From positions 6,385-60,635 of the forward strand of contig JBFMCP010000019.1 of the NCBI GenBank assembly GCA_040754455.1: a stretch of DNA of 54,251 nt, in the 5' to 3' direction. Position numbers and translations under genes: made by a program. The notes under the pieces are model-generated. The model saw nothing but the letters and a program-made list of their open reading frames with translations, was not told the origin of the DNA and did no database searches. Each line of letters begins with the position of its first letter. Position 1 is the first letter of the stretch. This document shows, in pieces, positions 27,449 through 36,887 of this stretch. The stretch is from Nitrospirota bacterium (GTDB taxonomy: Bacteria; Nitrospirota; Thermodesulfovibrionia; Thermodesulfovibrionales; Dissulfurispiraceae).

Positions 27449-30079
27449 ATGGATGTCATTACTTCACACATCAATGCTGATTTCGATGCGCTTGCTTCAG
27501 CGATGGCGGCAAAGAAGCTCTACCCTGATGCCGTAATCGTCTTTCCCGGCTCTATGGAACGGAGGGTGAGGGACTTCATCGACGCCTTCCAGCCGTTTGA
27601 GATCAGGAAGGTCAAGGATATCCTTCTGAACAAGGTCGAACGGCTGATCATTGTGGACACCAAACACCCCGACAGAATAGGGTCCTTCAAAGAGCTCCTC
27701 GGGAAGCCGGAGGTGAAAGTGCATATCTATGACCACCACCCTGTCACCAAGGGTGATATCAGGGGAGAGGTCGAGGTGTTCGATGTCGCCGGTGCACAGT
27801 CCACGATTTTTACCGAGATCATCCAGAACAAAGGCATCCCCATCACCCCTCTGGAGGCGACGATTCTCTGTCTCGGCATCTACGAAGAGACGGGCTCGCT
27901 GATCTTTACCTCCACAACGCCGCGCGACCTCATGGCAGCGGCCTATCTGGTGAAAAAGGGAGCGAACCTGAATATCGTGTCGGACTTTTTGAAGGAGGAG
28001 ATGAGCAGGGAGGAGATTTCCCTGCTCAACGAACTTGTCCAGTCGCTCAGGGAAGTGGTTATTCAGGGCGTGAGGGTGAGGATCGGCAAGGGGAAGATGG
28101 AAGGGTTCGGCGATGTCTCCCATCTCGCGCACCAGATCATGGAGATGGAGGATACCGATGCCGTTGTCCTGCTGATCGCCATGGCCGACAAGATAGTGAT
28201 GGTCGCACGCAGCAAAGCGCCGGAGCTGGATCTATCGCAGGTGCTTGCCGATTTCGGCGGCGGCGGCCATCACACGGCGGCATCGGCGACGATAAAGGAT
28301 ATGCCGTTCGAGATCGTTGAAGAGAACCTCCTTGCATCACTCAAAAAGCATACACGCCCGGTAAAGCTGGTGAAAGACATCATGACCACTCCTGTCATTA
28401 CGGTGCAGTGGAACAGCACGATCAGGGAGGCGGAGCGGGTGATGACCCGCTACGGCATCAATGCCGTGCCGGTAGTCAAGAACAGTAAATACCGGGGTGT
28501 GATCACCCGCGGCGTCGTCGAAAAGGCGCTCTTTCACGGACTGGGAAGGAACAGGTGCGAGGACTTCGCGACTACCGATGCGATCACCGCTCATGCCGAT
28601 GCTCCTGTCGCTGAAGTGGAGCGCGCCATGATCGAACAGAATCAGCATTTTGTCACCGTGCTTGAAAACAGCCACATCGTAGGGGCGATAACGAGGACCG
28701 ACATCCTGCGGTCGCTCTATGAGGATTTCCTGCGGAAGAGCCGCGTGACCACGAAAGAGGCTATCCCCGGAGAACTGCCTTCGTCCTTTGGCAGGAATGT
28801 CGCCGGGCTTATGAGGGAGCGCCTGCCCGACCATCTTTATGAGTTCCTGGTGAGGGCAGGCGAGGTCGCCGATGAGTCGAGCCAGGGTGTCTACCTTGTC
28901 GGCGGCTGTGTGCGTGATCTGCTCAGAGGAGAGACGAACCTCGATATCGACCTCGTCGTCGAGGGCGACGGCATTGCCTTCGCAAAGGCCTTGGGAAAGG
29001 AAATCGGCGCAAAGGTGATCGTCCATAAACGCTTCGGCACAGCACAACTCATACAAAACAATTTCAGACTTGATGTTGCCACAGCGCGGACCGAGTACTA
29101 CGAATCGCCTGCAGCGCTGCCCAAAGTGGAGCTGTCGTCCATCAAGAGGGACCTGTACCGGAGGGACTTCACGATCAATACGCTTGCAGTAAAGCTGAAC
29201 AAGAAGGATTTCGGCCTCCTCATCGACTTTTTCGGCGGCCAGCGGGATCTGAAGGAGCGGGTCATCAGGGTGCTCCACAATCTCAGCTTTGTCGAAGACC
29301 CGACAAGGGCATTCAGGGCGATACGGTTTTCCGAGCGCTTCGGCTTCAGGATCACGAAGCATACGGACAGCCTTATAAAGCTCGCCATCAGGATGAATAT
29401 CTTCGAGAAGCTCGCAGGCACGCGGCTCTATGATGAAATGGCCCTTATTTTCAACGAGACCGATCCGGTGAGGACCATAAAACGTCTCGGCGATTACGGG
29501 CTGCTCAAAGTCATCCATCCGTCGATCAATGTCAACCATCACCTGGAGGCGCTCCTGCAGTCGGTGCACGATACCCTTTCGTGGTTCGACCTGCTCTTCC
29601 TGAATGAGCAGTACGACAAGGGGATGATCTATGTCATGGCACTTCTGTATAGATTACCCGATGACGAGCGGAGGGTCGCGCTCGACCGTCTCTCGGTGCT
29701 TAAAGAACAGAGAAAGAGGATCATGGAGGGCCTGCGTGCCACCGAGGAGATCGTCAGAAAGCTCTGGCCGGACCACCCCGTCGAGGTCTTTCGCCTCCTG
29801 GTGAACCGCGATATCGAAGTGATCCTGTTCAGCATGGCGCTTGCAAAGGACAACGCAAAGAAAAAGGCCATATCGAATTACCTGCTGCATTCAAGGAATA
29901 TAAAACCGATCCTCAAGGGCAACGACCTTAAGGAACTTGGTATCCCACAGGGTCCCGTCTACTCGGAGATCTTCAGGAAGATACATGAAGAAAAGCTGAT
30001 GGGAAGGCTGAAGACGAAAGAGGAAGAAATTGAGTTCGTAAAAAAACATTATAAGAAGATGGTGAAAAGCGGTAAGTAA
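27449..30079 (+). CDS. tRNA nucleotidyltransferase with DHH/DHHA1 and CBS domains (A-adding-type architecture)
   Basis: H.NADFD, DHH, GGGH, two CBS domains, VGGCVRD..DID, RRDFTIN, DPTR..RAIRF. Confidence 0.9.
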   Translation: MDVITSHINADFDALASAMAAKKLYPDAVIVFPGSMERRVRDFIDAFQPFEIRKVKDILLNKVERLIIVDTKHPDRIGSFKELLGKPEVKVHIYDHHPVTKGDIRGEVEVFDVAGAQSTIFTEIIQNKGIPITPLEATILCLGIYEETGSLIFTSTTPRDLMAAAYLVKKGANLNIVSDFLKEEMSREEISLLNELVQSLREVVIQGVRVRIGKGKMEGFGDVSHLAHQIMEMEDTDAVVLLIAMADKIVMVARSKAPELDLSQVLADFGGGGHHTAASATIKDMPFEIVEENLLASLKKHTRPVKLVKDIMTTPVITVQWNSTIREAERVMTRYGINAVPVVKNSKYRGVITRGVVEKALFHGLGRNRCEDFATTDAITAHADAPVAEVERAMIEQNQHFVTVLENSHIVGAITRTDILRSLYEDFLRKSRVTTKEAIPGELPSSFGRNVAGLMRERLPDHLYEFLVRAGEVADESSQGVYLVGGCVRDLLRGETNLDIDLVVEGDGIAFAKALGKEIGAKVIVHKRFGTAQLIQNNFRLDVATARTEYYESPAALPKVELSSIKRDLYRRDFTINTLAVKLNKKDFGLLIDFFGGQRDLKERVIRVLHNLSFVEDPTRAFRAIRFSERFGFRITKHTDSLIKLAIRMNIFEKLAGTRLYDEMALIFNETDPVRTIKRLGDYGLLKVIHPSINVNHHLEALLQSVHDTLSWFDLLFLNEQYDKGMIYVMALLYRLPDDERRVALDRLSVLKEQRKRIMEGLRATEEIVRKLWPDHPVEVFRLLVNRDIEVILFSMALAKDNAKKKAISNYLLHSRNIKPILKGNDLKELGIPQGPVYSEIFRKIHEEKLMGRLKTKEEEIEFVKKHYKKMVKSGK

Positions 30080-30206
30080 GGGGCTTATGGAGCGCGAGAA
30101 AAAGTGAAGTGAATAAGAACTTAAAAAACAACGGAGATTGAACGGATCACCCCTCCCATGAAATTCCTGTTGCTATCCTCAATAGTACTTTATGTAAAAT
30201 AGAGTG

Positions 30207-32045
30207 ATGCTGAACAAGATCTCCAAGGTCATCGTTGATCGAACCTGTCCCGCCTGCGGCCTCGGCTTTACCAATGAAATCGGCAAGAATATGTATGAGT
30301 GCAGCTATTCTCAATGTCGAGCGAGGTTCGATTTCACCATTTTTTCGGATGAGGAAATCAAAAAGGCGATCAAGTCTGAAAGGGGCGAAGGCAAAAGCCA
30401 GGAGGCAACGCATGAGGGGAATGGCTCCGATGTGCTTGAGCTCAACGGTCCTGAAAGAGCCGCCGACCTCAGTGAGCACCATCCTTCGAAAGAGCCGGCC
30501 GAGGTACAGAATAAAGTTGCGGCCAAGATGGAGGTGAGTGAGGAGGAATTGCAGCACCTCGCCTCGTTCCCGCAGCTTAATCCAAATGCCGTCATCGAGA
30601 TCAATGCCGAGGGCGTGATGACGTATTGCAATCCGGCTGCCCAGGAAGTTTTCAAGGCCCTGCGTATTGAGAGTGAGGAGGCCGCCCTTCTGTTCGGCAG
30701 CGATGTGGGCGCACTGCTGACGACCTTTGCGGCAGGCGAGGAGCATCAGACCCTGCAGCGCGAAGTGCAGATTAAGGGGCGGTTCTTTTCAGAGAGTATT
30801 TATTATTTCAAATCGAAGAACGCGATCCGCATTTTTGTTCAGGATATCACCGAGCGGAAAGAGATCGACGAGAAACTGAGGCTTTTCTCAAAGGCCTTGG
30901 AGTACGCCGTTGATGGAATCCAGATCGCCGACCTCAGCGGCAGGATTCTCTATGCCAACAGGGCACTCGAGCAGCTCTGCGGTTATCCACCGGAGGAACT
31001 GCAGGGAATGCCCATCGCCGGCATGAATGCAGATCCCGGCTTTGCTGAGCGGGAGATGCTTCCGACGATACACGAGACGGGGCAGTGGACCGGAGAGCTT
31101 TTGGCGAAGCACAAGGACGGGCATACGTTCCCCGTGTGGGTAAAAGCCTCATTAATCAGAAATGGTCATGATGCGCCGGTTGCAATAATCGGCATCGTAA
31201 GAGAGAGCGCCGAGTGCAGAAAGACGGAAGGGCCCGATAACGACACCGGCTCCTTCGCGGGCGTCAGGACTGCAGAGCAGATGATGCTCGAAAGCAGCCT
31301 GCGCCACACGATTGAGCGCGGTGAGCTGACCGTGTACTATCAGCCTCAGATGGATAGCTCCATCGACAGGATTATCGGTGCGGAAGCGTTGGTCCGCTGG
31401 AAGCACCCTGAGCTGGGAGTGCTGAAGCCGGAGAGGTTCCTCCCTCTTGCCGAAGAGACCGGATTTATCGCTGCACTCGACGAGTGGGTGCTGCGCACCG
31501 CATGTGGACAAGTTGCCGCCTGGGTGAAAGAGGGATACCCTCCTTTTCGCGTCACAGTCAATCTTTCCGCCCGGCTGCTCGGGCAGCAGAACCTCAGCGA
31601 GATGGTTGCCGAGGTGCTGCACGACACCGGTCTGGGTCCCGAATGGCTCGAGATCGAGGTGAGTGAGCGCGTCGCCATGCAGGATGGGGAGCCAGCCATT
31701 GCCAATCTTTCGTCTCTGCACCGGATGGGAGTCACCCTTTCGATCGATAATTTCGGTACAGGCCGGACCTCGCTGAGCTCTCTAAAAAAACTGCCGGTCC
31801 AGCGGATCAAGATAGACCGGTCGCTGATGAGCAGCATTGCGGACAACCCTGATGATCTATCGATCGTAAAGGCGGCCATAGCCATGGGCTTCAATCTGGG
31901 ATTCAAGGTTATTGCCGAGGGCGTGGAGACGGCAGCCCAGTTGCTGCTGCTCCAGAGGAGCGGCTGTGATGAGATGCAGGGCTTCTATTTCAGCGAGCCG
32001 CTTCCGGCGGATGAATTCAAAAAAATGCTGAAGCTCTCCACATAA
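30207..32045 (+). CDS. Zn-ribbon/PAS/PAS/EAL c-di-GMP phosphodiesterase-like protein
   Basis: N-terminal CPAC..CSYSQC, two PAS domains, EALVRW, DNFGTG, KID, EGVE, QG; no GGDEF domain. Confidence 0.87.
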   Translation: MLNKISKVIVDRTCPACGLGFTNEIGKNMYECSYSQCRARFDFTIFSDEEIKKAIKSERGEGKSQEATHEGNGSDVLELNGPERAADLSEHHPSKEPAEVQNKVAAKMEVSEEELQHLASFPQLNPNAVIEINAEGVMTYCNPAAQEVFKALRIESEEAALLFGSDVGALLTTFAAGEEHQTLQREVQIKGRFFSESIYYFKSKNAIRIFVQDITERKEIDEKLRLFSKALEYAVDGIQIADLSGRILYANRALEQLCGYPPEELQGMPIAGMNADPGFAEREMLPTIHETGQWTGELLAKHKDGHTFPVWVKASLIRNGHDAPVAIIGIVRESAECRKTEGPDNDTGSFAGVRTAEQMMLESSLRHTIERGELTVYYQPQMDSSIDRIIGAEALVRWKHPELGVLKPERFLPLAEETGFIAALDEWVLRTACGQVAAWVKEGYPPFRVTVNLSARLLGQQNLSEMVAEVLHDTGLGPEWLEIEVSERVAMQDGEPAIANLSSLHRMGVTLSIDNFGTGRTSLSSLKKLPVQRIKIDRSLMSSIADNPDDLSIVKAAIAMGFNLGFKVIAEGVETAAQLLLLQRSGCDEMQGFYFSEPLPADEFKKMLKLST

Positions 32046-32331
32046 CGGCTTCCCTCAAAATTGTAGACCTTTCCCCCTCTGCTCTCCGCGTATGATGACA
32101 GAGATTGCTCCGGTTCGGTTGCCCTGTAAAGCCGATGGTATTGTCTCACCGTGAAAGCTGTCGGAAAGGACGCAAGGCAGCAGTGAATCAAGAAAAATCT
32201 AATAAAACAAAAGTTTGCTCATCATTGTGCACACAGGTGAGTCTTGTGTATATTTTTTTAAACACTTGCATTTTTTAGGTTGCTGTGGTTTATTAGTTGT
32301 AATTATTAATTAACTTGGCCTGAGGGAGCAG

Positions 32332-32772
32332 ATGAAAAAGATTGCAGAAATGGACAATAAGAGTACGGAAAGAAAGAACATGCCGCTCTATCCTATTGGG
32401 ATCGTGGCAGAATTGATTGGCATAACGGAACAGACCCTGAGACTCTATGAGAAGCACGGGCTGATCAAGCCCGCGCGGCGCAACAAGAACCGCTACTATT
32501 CGGACAATGATATCAAATGGCTCACCTGTATCCGGGATATCATACATACGAAAAAGATCAGCATCGAGGGAATCAAAAAGCTCATGGAGTATGCCCCGTG
32601 CTGGGAGATTACCGATTGCCCGGATGAAAAGCGGAGCAAATGCACTGCGCAGATCGACAAGACAAAGCCCTGCTGGGAGCTGAACAGGGCGATCTGCAAT
32701 AGAGATTCGGGCAGGCTCTGCGAGGATTGCGTCGTCTTTATTGCCGACCAGATGAAGCAGAAGAACAGGTAA
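32332..32772 (+). CDS. MerR-family (HspR-like) regulator with Cys-rich CW-repeat C-terminus
   Basis: YPIGIVAELIG...QTLRLYEKHGLI.P.R...RYYS..DI; CWEITDC..C..CWE..C..CEDC. Confidence 0.87.
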   Translation: MKKIAEMDNKSTERKNMPLYPIGIVAELIGITEQTLRLYEKHGLIKPARRNKNRYYSDNDIKWLTCIRDIIHTKKISIEGIKKLMEYAPCWEITDCPDEKRSKCTAQIDKTKPCWELNRAICNRDSGRLCEDCVVFIADQMKQKNR

Positions 32773-32812
32773 TCGTCGTAGAATAATTTCAGGAGCTTGC
32801 TACACCACAGTA

Positions 32813-35101
32813 TCAGTCGAGGTCGGAGGCGGGAAGAAGAGTGCGTTCGACTCTGCCCGCAGACGACGGACTGTACTCCCTCGGCTCTGTCCCCGCTTTG
32901 AAATACTCGAAGGACGACCCGTCAGAAGACAGCAGTCCGGTAGCCGGATCTATCGGAAACCGGACGACCCCTTCGGGCACGGTGAATGTGGATATCTCTT
33001 CACCTGCTAGCGTGCTCCTCATAAAGTTCGCCCAGATGGGAGCAGCAGCCCTGCCGCCCACCTCTCCGGGACCGAGGGAACGCCGCATATCATCAAACCC
33101 TACCCATACACATCCGACGAGTTCGGGAGTGTATCCCACGAACCAGGCATCTTTGTAATCGTTGCTCGTGCCGGTCTTGCCGGCAGCGGGCCTCCCGATG
33201 TTCGCCCGCATACCGGTACCGTAGCGGATAACGTCTTCCATCATGGAGCTGATGAGAAAGGACGTCTGGGGCGACATGACCTCGATGCCTTCAGGCTCGT
33301 AGCTTTCGAGCACCGTACCTTTGGCGTCAGTAATGTATTTTATGGCGATCGGCGTCATTCTGATACCGCCGTTGGCAAACGTCCCGAAGGTGTTGGCGAG
33401 CTCAAGAGGAGTAACGCTGATGGAACCGAGGGCGATCGTCAGTTCTCTCGGCATATCGGCACTTATGCCGATATCGCGGGCAAAGGAGATCACATTGTCG
33501 ATACCGACCGCCTCGACGAGCTTGATGGTGACAACGTTTCGTGAGTAAGCAAGGGCCTCCCGCAGACGGGTCGGGCCGTAATATTTATGGTCATAGTTTT
33601 CGGGCCGCCACTCTCCAGCTGGTCCTCCGGCGTAGACGACGGGCGCGTCATTGATGATGGTCGCGGGGGTAAAGTTGCGCTCAAGCGCCGCTGCGTAGAT
33701 GATCGGTTTGAAGGAAGAGCCTGGCTGCCGCTTTGCATAGAGTGCCCTGTTGTACTCGCTTTTCGAAAAACTATAGCCGCCGACCAACGCCCGTATGTAG
33801 CCAGTCTCGGGCTCCAGCGCGACGACTGCGCCCTCGACCTCGGGCTCCTGCTCAAGGCTGAAGGTCACCAGCCGGTTCGAGATGGTCTTGAATTTGACCC
33901 ACACGATATCTCCGCGTCGAAGGATGTCGGTGAGCTTGAAATCCTTGATGGTGCGGGCCTTTCCGGTTGCTCTGTCGATGACCCTGCTAGCCCATAGCGC
34001 ATCGGTGAGCGCCAGCTTCCCGGTAATGCCCCTCGCTTTGATGGTCGCCTCGTGTCCTGAAACCGAAAGGACGACGCCGGAAGCGATATCTCCCGGTGAG
34101 GCAGGAAATGATGTCTTTGGACCTTCGGCATCCTCTTTGATATCTTTCTTGTTGCCGATGGGGCCTCTCCAGCCTCTCCGCTTGTCGACCTCTCTCAGGC
34201 CTTCCTGTAGGGCCCGTTGGGCATGCATTTGCGCGTTCTTGTTGAGTGTCGTATACACCCTCAACCTGCCCTTGTAGATCATGTCCACACCGTATTTCTG
34301 CTCCAGGAGTTGCCGGATGTATTCAACGAAGTAGTTGTACGTTTCGGTATGGGCGCGGAGCGATGAGAGCGCAAGGAACGCCGCCTTCGCCGCCTTTCTC
34401 TCGGATGGCTTTAAATACCCTTCCTCCTCCATCCTCGCCAGGACTATTTCCTGGCGTTCTTTTGCCTTTACCAGATCATTGTAGGGTGAATAGGTAGAGG
34501 GCGCCTTGACGAGTCCGGCGAGCAGCGCGGCTTCGGGAAGGGTTATCTGGGAGACCGACTTGCCGAAATAGAGCTTCGATGCCATCTCGACGCCGTAGGC
34601 GCCGTGACCGAAATAGACTCTGTTGAGATAGAGCTCAAGGATCTCTTTCTTCGAAAGCTCCTTCTCCAGCTTCATGGCGAGCTGGGCCTCCTTTAACTTT
34701 CTCTGAATGGTTTTTTCGGGAGTAAGAAAGAGAATTTTCGCGAGCTGCTGGGTAATGGTACTGCCACCCTCTTTGAGGCTGGCATGCAGGATATCCTTGA
34801 CGAGGGCACGGGCGATACCGATATAATCGATTCCCTTGTGCTGCCAGAACCGCGAATCCTCGACAGCCACAATGGCATTTTTCAGATGTACGGGGATCCT
34901 GTCAATGGGGACAAAAATGCCTTTCTCGACCTTGAACTCGCCGATCAGGGTGTCGTCATCAGCGTAGATTTTGGTTCCGTCGGTGGCACGATACTTTTTG
35001 AGCTCTGCTATGGAGGGAACTCCCTTTGCAACGGAAAGATAGCCGCCAACCAAGAAGCCGAGAATAAGCACGAGGAAGATAATCAACAACTTGAAACGCA
35101 T
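32813..35101 (-). CDS. mrcA: Penicillin-binding protein 1A
   Basis: EDSRF..H.GID and GGSTITQQL transglycosylase motifs; OB insert; SSFK, SRN and KTGT transpeptidase motifs. Confidence 0.93.
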   Translation of the reverse strand: MRFKLLIIFLVLILGFLVGGYLSVAKGVPSIAELKKYRATDGTKIYADDDTLIGEFKVEKGIFVPIDRIPVHLKNAIVAVEDSRFWQHKGIDYIGIARALVKDILHASLKEGGSTITQQLAKILFLTPEKTIQRKLKEAQLAMKLEKELSKKEILELYLNRVYFGHGAYGVEMASKLYFGKSVSQITLPEAALLAGLVKAPSTYSPYNDLVKAKERQEIVLARMEEEGYLKPSERKAAKAAFLALSSLRAHTETYNYFVEYIRQLLEQKYGVDMIYKGRLRVYTTLNKNAQMHAQRALQEGLREVDKRRGWRGPIGNKKDIKEDAEGPKTSFPASPGDIASGVVLSVSGHEATIKARGITGKLALTDALWASRVIDRATGKARTIKDFKLTDILRRGDIVWVKFKTISNRLVTFSLEQEPEVEGAVVALEPETGYIRALVGGYSFSKSEYNRALYAKRQPGSSFKPIIYAAALERNFTPATIINDAPVVYAGGPAGEWRPENYDHKYYGPTRLREALAYSRNVVTIKLVEAVGIDNVISFARDIGISADMPRELTIALGSISVTPLELANTFGTFANGGIRMTPIAIKYITDAKGTVLESYEPEGIEVMSPQTSFLISSMMEDVIRYGTGMRANIGRPAAGKTGTSNDYKDAWFVGYTPELVGCVWVGFDDMRRSLGPGEVGGRAAAPIWANFMRSTLAGEEISTFTVPEGVVRFPIDPATGLLSSDGSSFEYFKAGTEPREYSPSSAGRVERTLLPASDLD

Positions 35102-35195
35102 TTTCCATTATAAAGGGGAAATGCAGAAATTTACAACCGATGAGTACCCGGCACGAACAGGAATTATGCCATAGGTAGTGAGGGGGATAATAAGG

Positions 35196-35276
35196 AAAAT
35201 CAAAATTTAAAGAGCAAAATGAAAAAACAAAGGAGTCCTTAATTTTCATTTTTGCTCTTTGATCTTTGCATTTTTA
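35196..35276. repeat. AT-rich imperfect palindrome with about 7-nt periodicity
   Basis: AAAGAGCAAAATGAAAA ... TTTTCATTTTTGCTCTTT. Confidence 0.55.
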
Positions 35277-35347
35277 TACTTCGACCTTATTCTCAATGGA
35301 ACGAGGGAGCGCTCAAGGCGCTTTGGTGCAGGTGGTTACGATGAGTG

Positions 35348-36202
35348 CTATCTCAAATAGCAGGTGAAGACCGGAACCTCTGCCCTCGCGCCGAGCCGGA
35401 TGGGAAACATTGAGGTCCCGATGCCTCTGGAGACATACAGGTGGGGACGTTTGTCTTTATACCAGCCTCTTACATACCTGCCGCTCCCGCGCGGGAGAAA
35501 GGGGATACTGCCGAAAAGACTCACTTGGCCTCCGTGGGTATGACCTGAAAAAATATAATCGACCGTTATTTTTTTGTCTTCCGCAGCGGTGCTGTTTATT
35601 GCGGCGATATCGTTGATAATGAAGTCCCGGTGCTGCGGGCAGTGTGCTAACACAATATGATTGCGTTCACGTGAAACGTTTCGCAGTGCCCCGGAAAAAT
35701 CCGGGAGACCTCCGTAGAGGTCATCGAGGCCGGTAACAACGACTCTCGAACCCCTTACGTCATATACTTTTGACTGGTTGACGAGCAGGTCGCAACAGTG
35801 ATCTTCGTAGATATTTCTGAACGAGGCCATGTCCCGTACAGCCTGCCGCTCCCAGTTGCCCAGGATTGCTATTTTGATCATATCATTATTGAAAAGATTG
35901 AGGAACTCATGCAAAAGCGGAATGTTCCTGCCCTTATCGATGATGTCGCCGGTAAAGAACAGAAACTCAGGCTTGATGGCGTTGATTTTTTCCGCCAGAT
36001 CATGGTGGTGCCAGGCAAGATCTCTCAGATGCAGATCGGATATCTGTATAATGGTCGCTTTAGTGCGGAAGTGCCCTGAAACGTCTTCGCCTAACGTATG
36101 CTCCGTATATTCAATGAAAGAGGGCTCAAAGACGAGCGCATCAACGCCCACCAGGCCGAGTCCCGCAGCGGCTGCCATCTGCAAAAAATTCCTTCTGTTC
36201 AT
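35348..36202 (-). CDS. Tat-exported metallophosphoesterase (YkuE-like)
   Basis: MNRRNFL twin-Arg signal; DLH, GDIID, GNWE and GHTHGGQ motifs. Confidence 0.88.
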   Translation of the reverse strand: MNRRNFLQMAAAAGLGLVGVDALVFEPSFIEYTEHTLGEDVSGHFRTKATIIQISDLHLRDLAWHHHDLAEKINAIKPEFLFFTGDIIDKGRNIPLLHEFLNLFNNDMIKIAILGNWERQAVRDMASFRNIYEDHCCDLLVNQSKVYDVRGSRVVVTGLDDLYGGLPDFSGALRNVSRERNHIVLAHCPQHRDFIINDIAAINSTAAEDKKITVDYIFSGHTHGGQVSLFGSIPFLPRGSGRYVRGWYKDKRPHLYVSRGIGTSMFPIRLGARAEVPVFTCYLR

Positions 36203-36332
36203 GAGCATCTCTTTAATCTTTAGCATAAGAGCTGGACTATGTCTATAGAACAAATACCCCTTTGCCGGAGATATTACTCACAAAGAGCATCAGTGTTGCT
36301 ATAAATCGTGGAATGGTTCTAAAATCACTATT

Positions 36333-36827
36333 ATGAAGAAGAGCACTATTGCGTACCGTGTTTTTGGATATAACAGCCCTATCGGCCCTTTGTATTGTGT
36401 TTTCGAAAATACGGCGCTGATAGAGCTCGCGATCAACGAGAAGCCGGTCTTCATCTCTGAGCTTCCGGAGAGCGTTCCCACGCTCAATAATTCCTTCAAG
36501 GCAGAGCTCGATGCTTATTTTAAAGGTGAGCTGAAAGAGTTTGCCCAAAAAGTGAAGTTCGCCTCCGGCACCCCCTTTGAACAGCGCATCTGGCGCATGC
36601 TCCGGAAGGTCCCCTACGGTGAGACCAGATCATACAAATGGATTGCCGGACGGGTCGGAAGTCCGGGGGCGATGAGGGCGGTGGGGCAGGCACTAGGGAA
36701 AAATCCGCTGCCGATTATTGTCCCCTGCCATCGTATCATCGCCGCCGATGGTTCGATCGGCGGCTTTTCGAGCGGTGTTGAGGCCAAACGGTGGCTGCTG
36801 GAACATGAAAAAACAAATAAGGAGTGA
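36333..36827 (+). CDS. ogt: Methylated-DNA-protein-cysteine methyltransferase
   Basis: GTPF..W, PYGETRSY, RAVG, PCHR active site. Confidence 0.93.
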   Translation: MKKSTIAYRVFGYNSPIGPLYCVFENTALIELAINEKPVFISELPESVPTLNNSFKAELDAYFKGELKEFAQKVKFASGTPFEQRIWRMLRKVPYGETRSYKWIAGRVGSPGAMRAVGQALGKNPLPIIVPCHRIIAADGSIGGFSSGVEAKRWLLEHEKTNKE

Positions 36828-36887
36828 GAATTAAAAACTAAGAAAAGAGTAGATTTTCAGCTTTATTTTTAGCTGTTTACTTCTTAT

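Noticed and set aside
28337..29569. 410-aa minus-strand ORF and similar long antisense ORFs (23290-24354, 47361-48320, 51385-52377)
   Set aside because: All lie opposite well-supported genes and lack motifs or translation signals.
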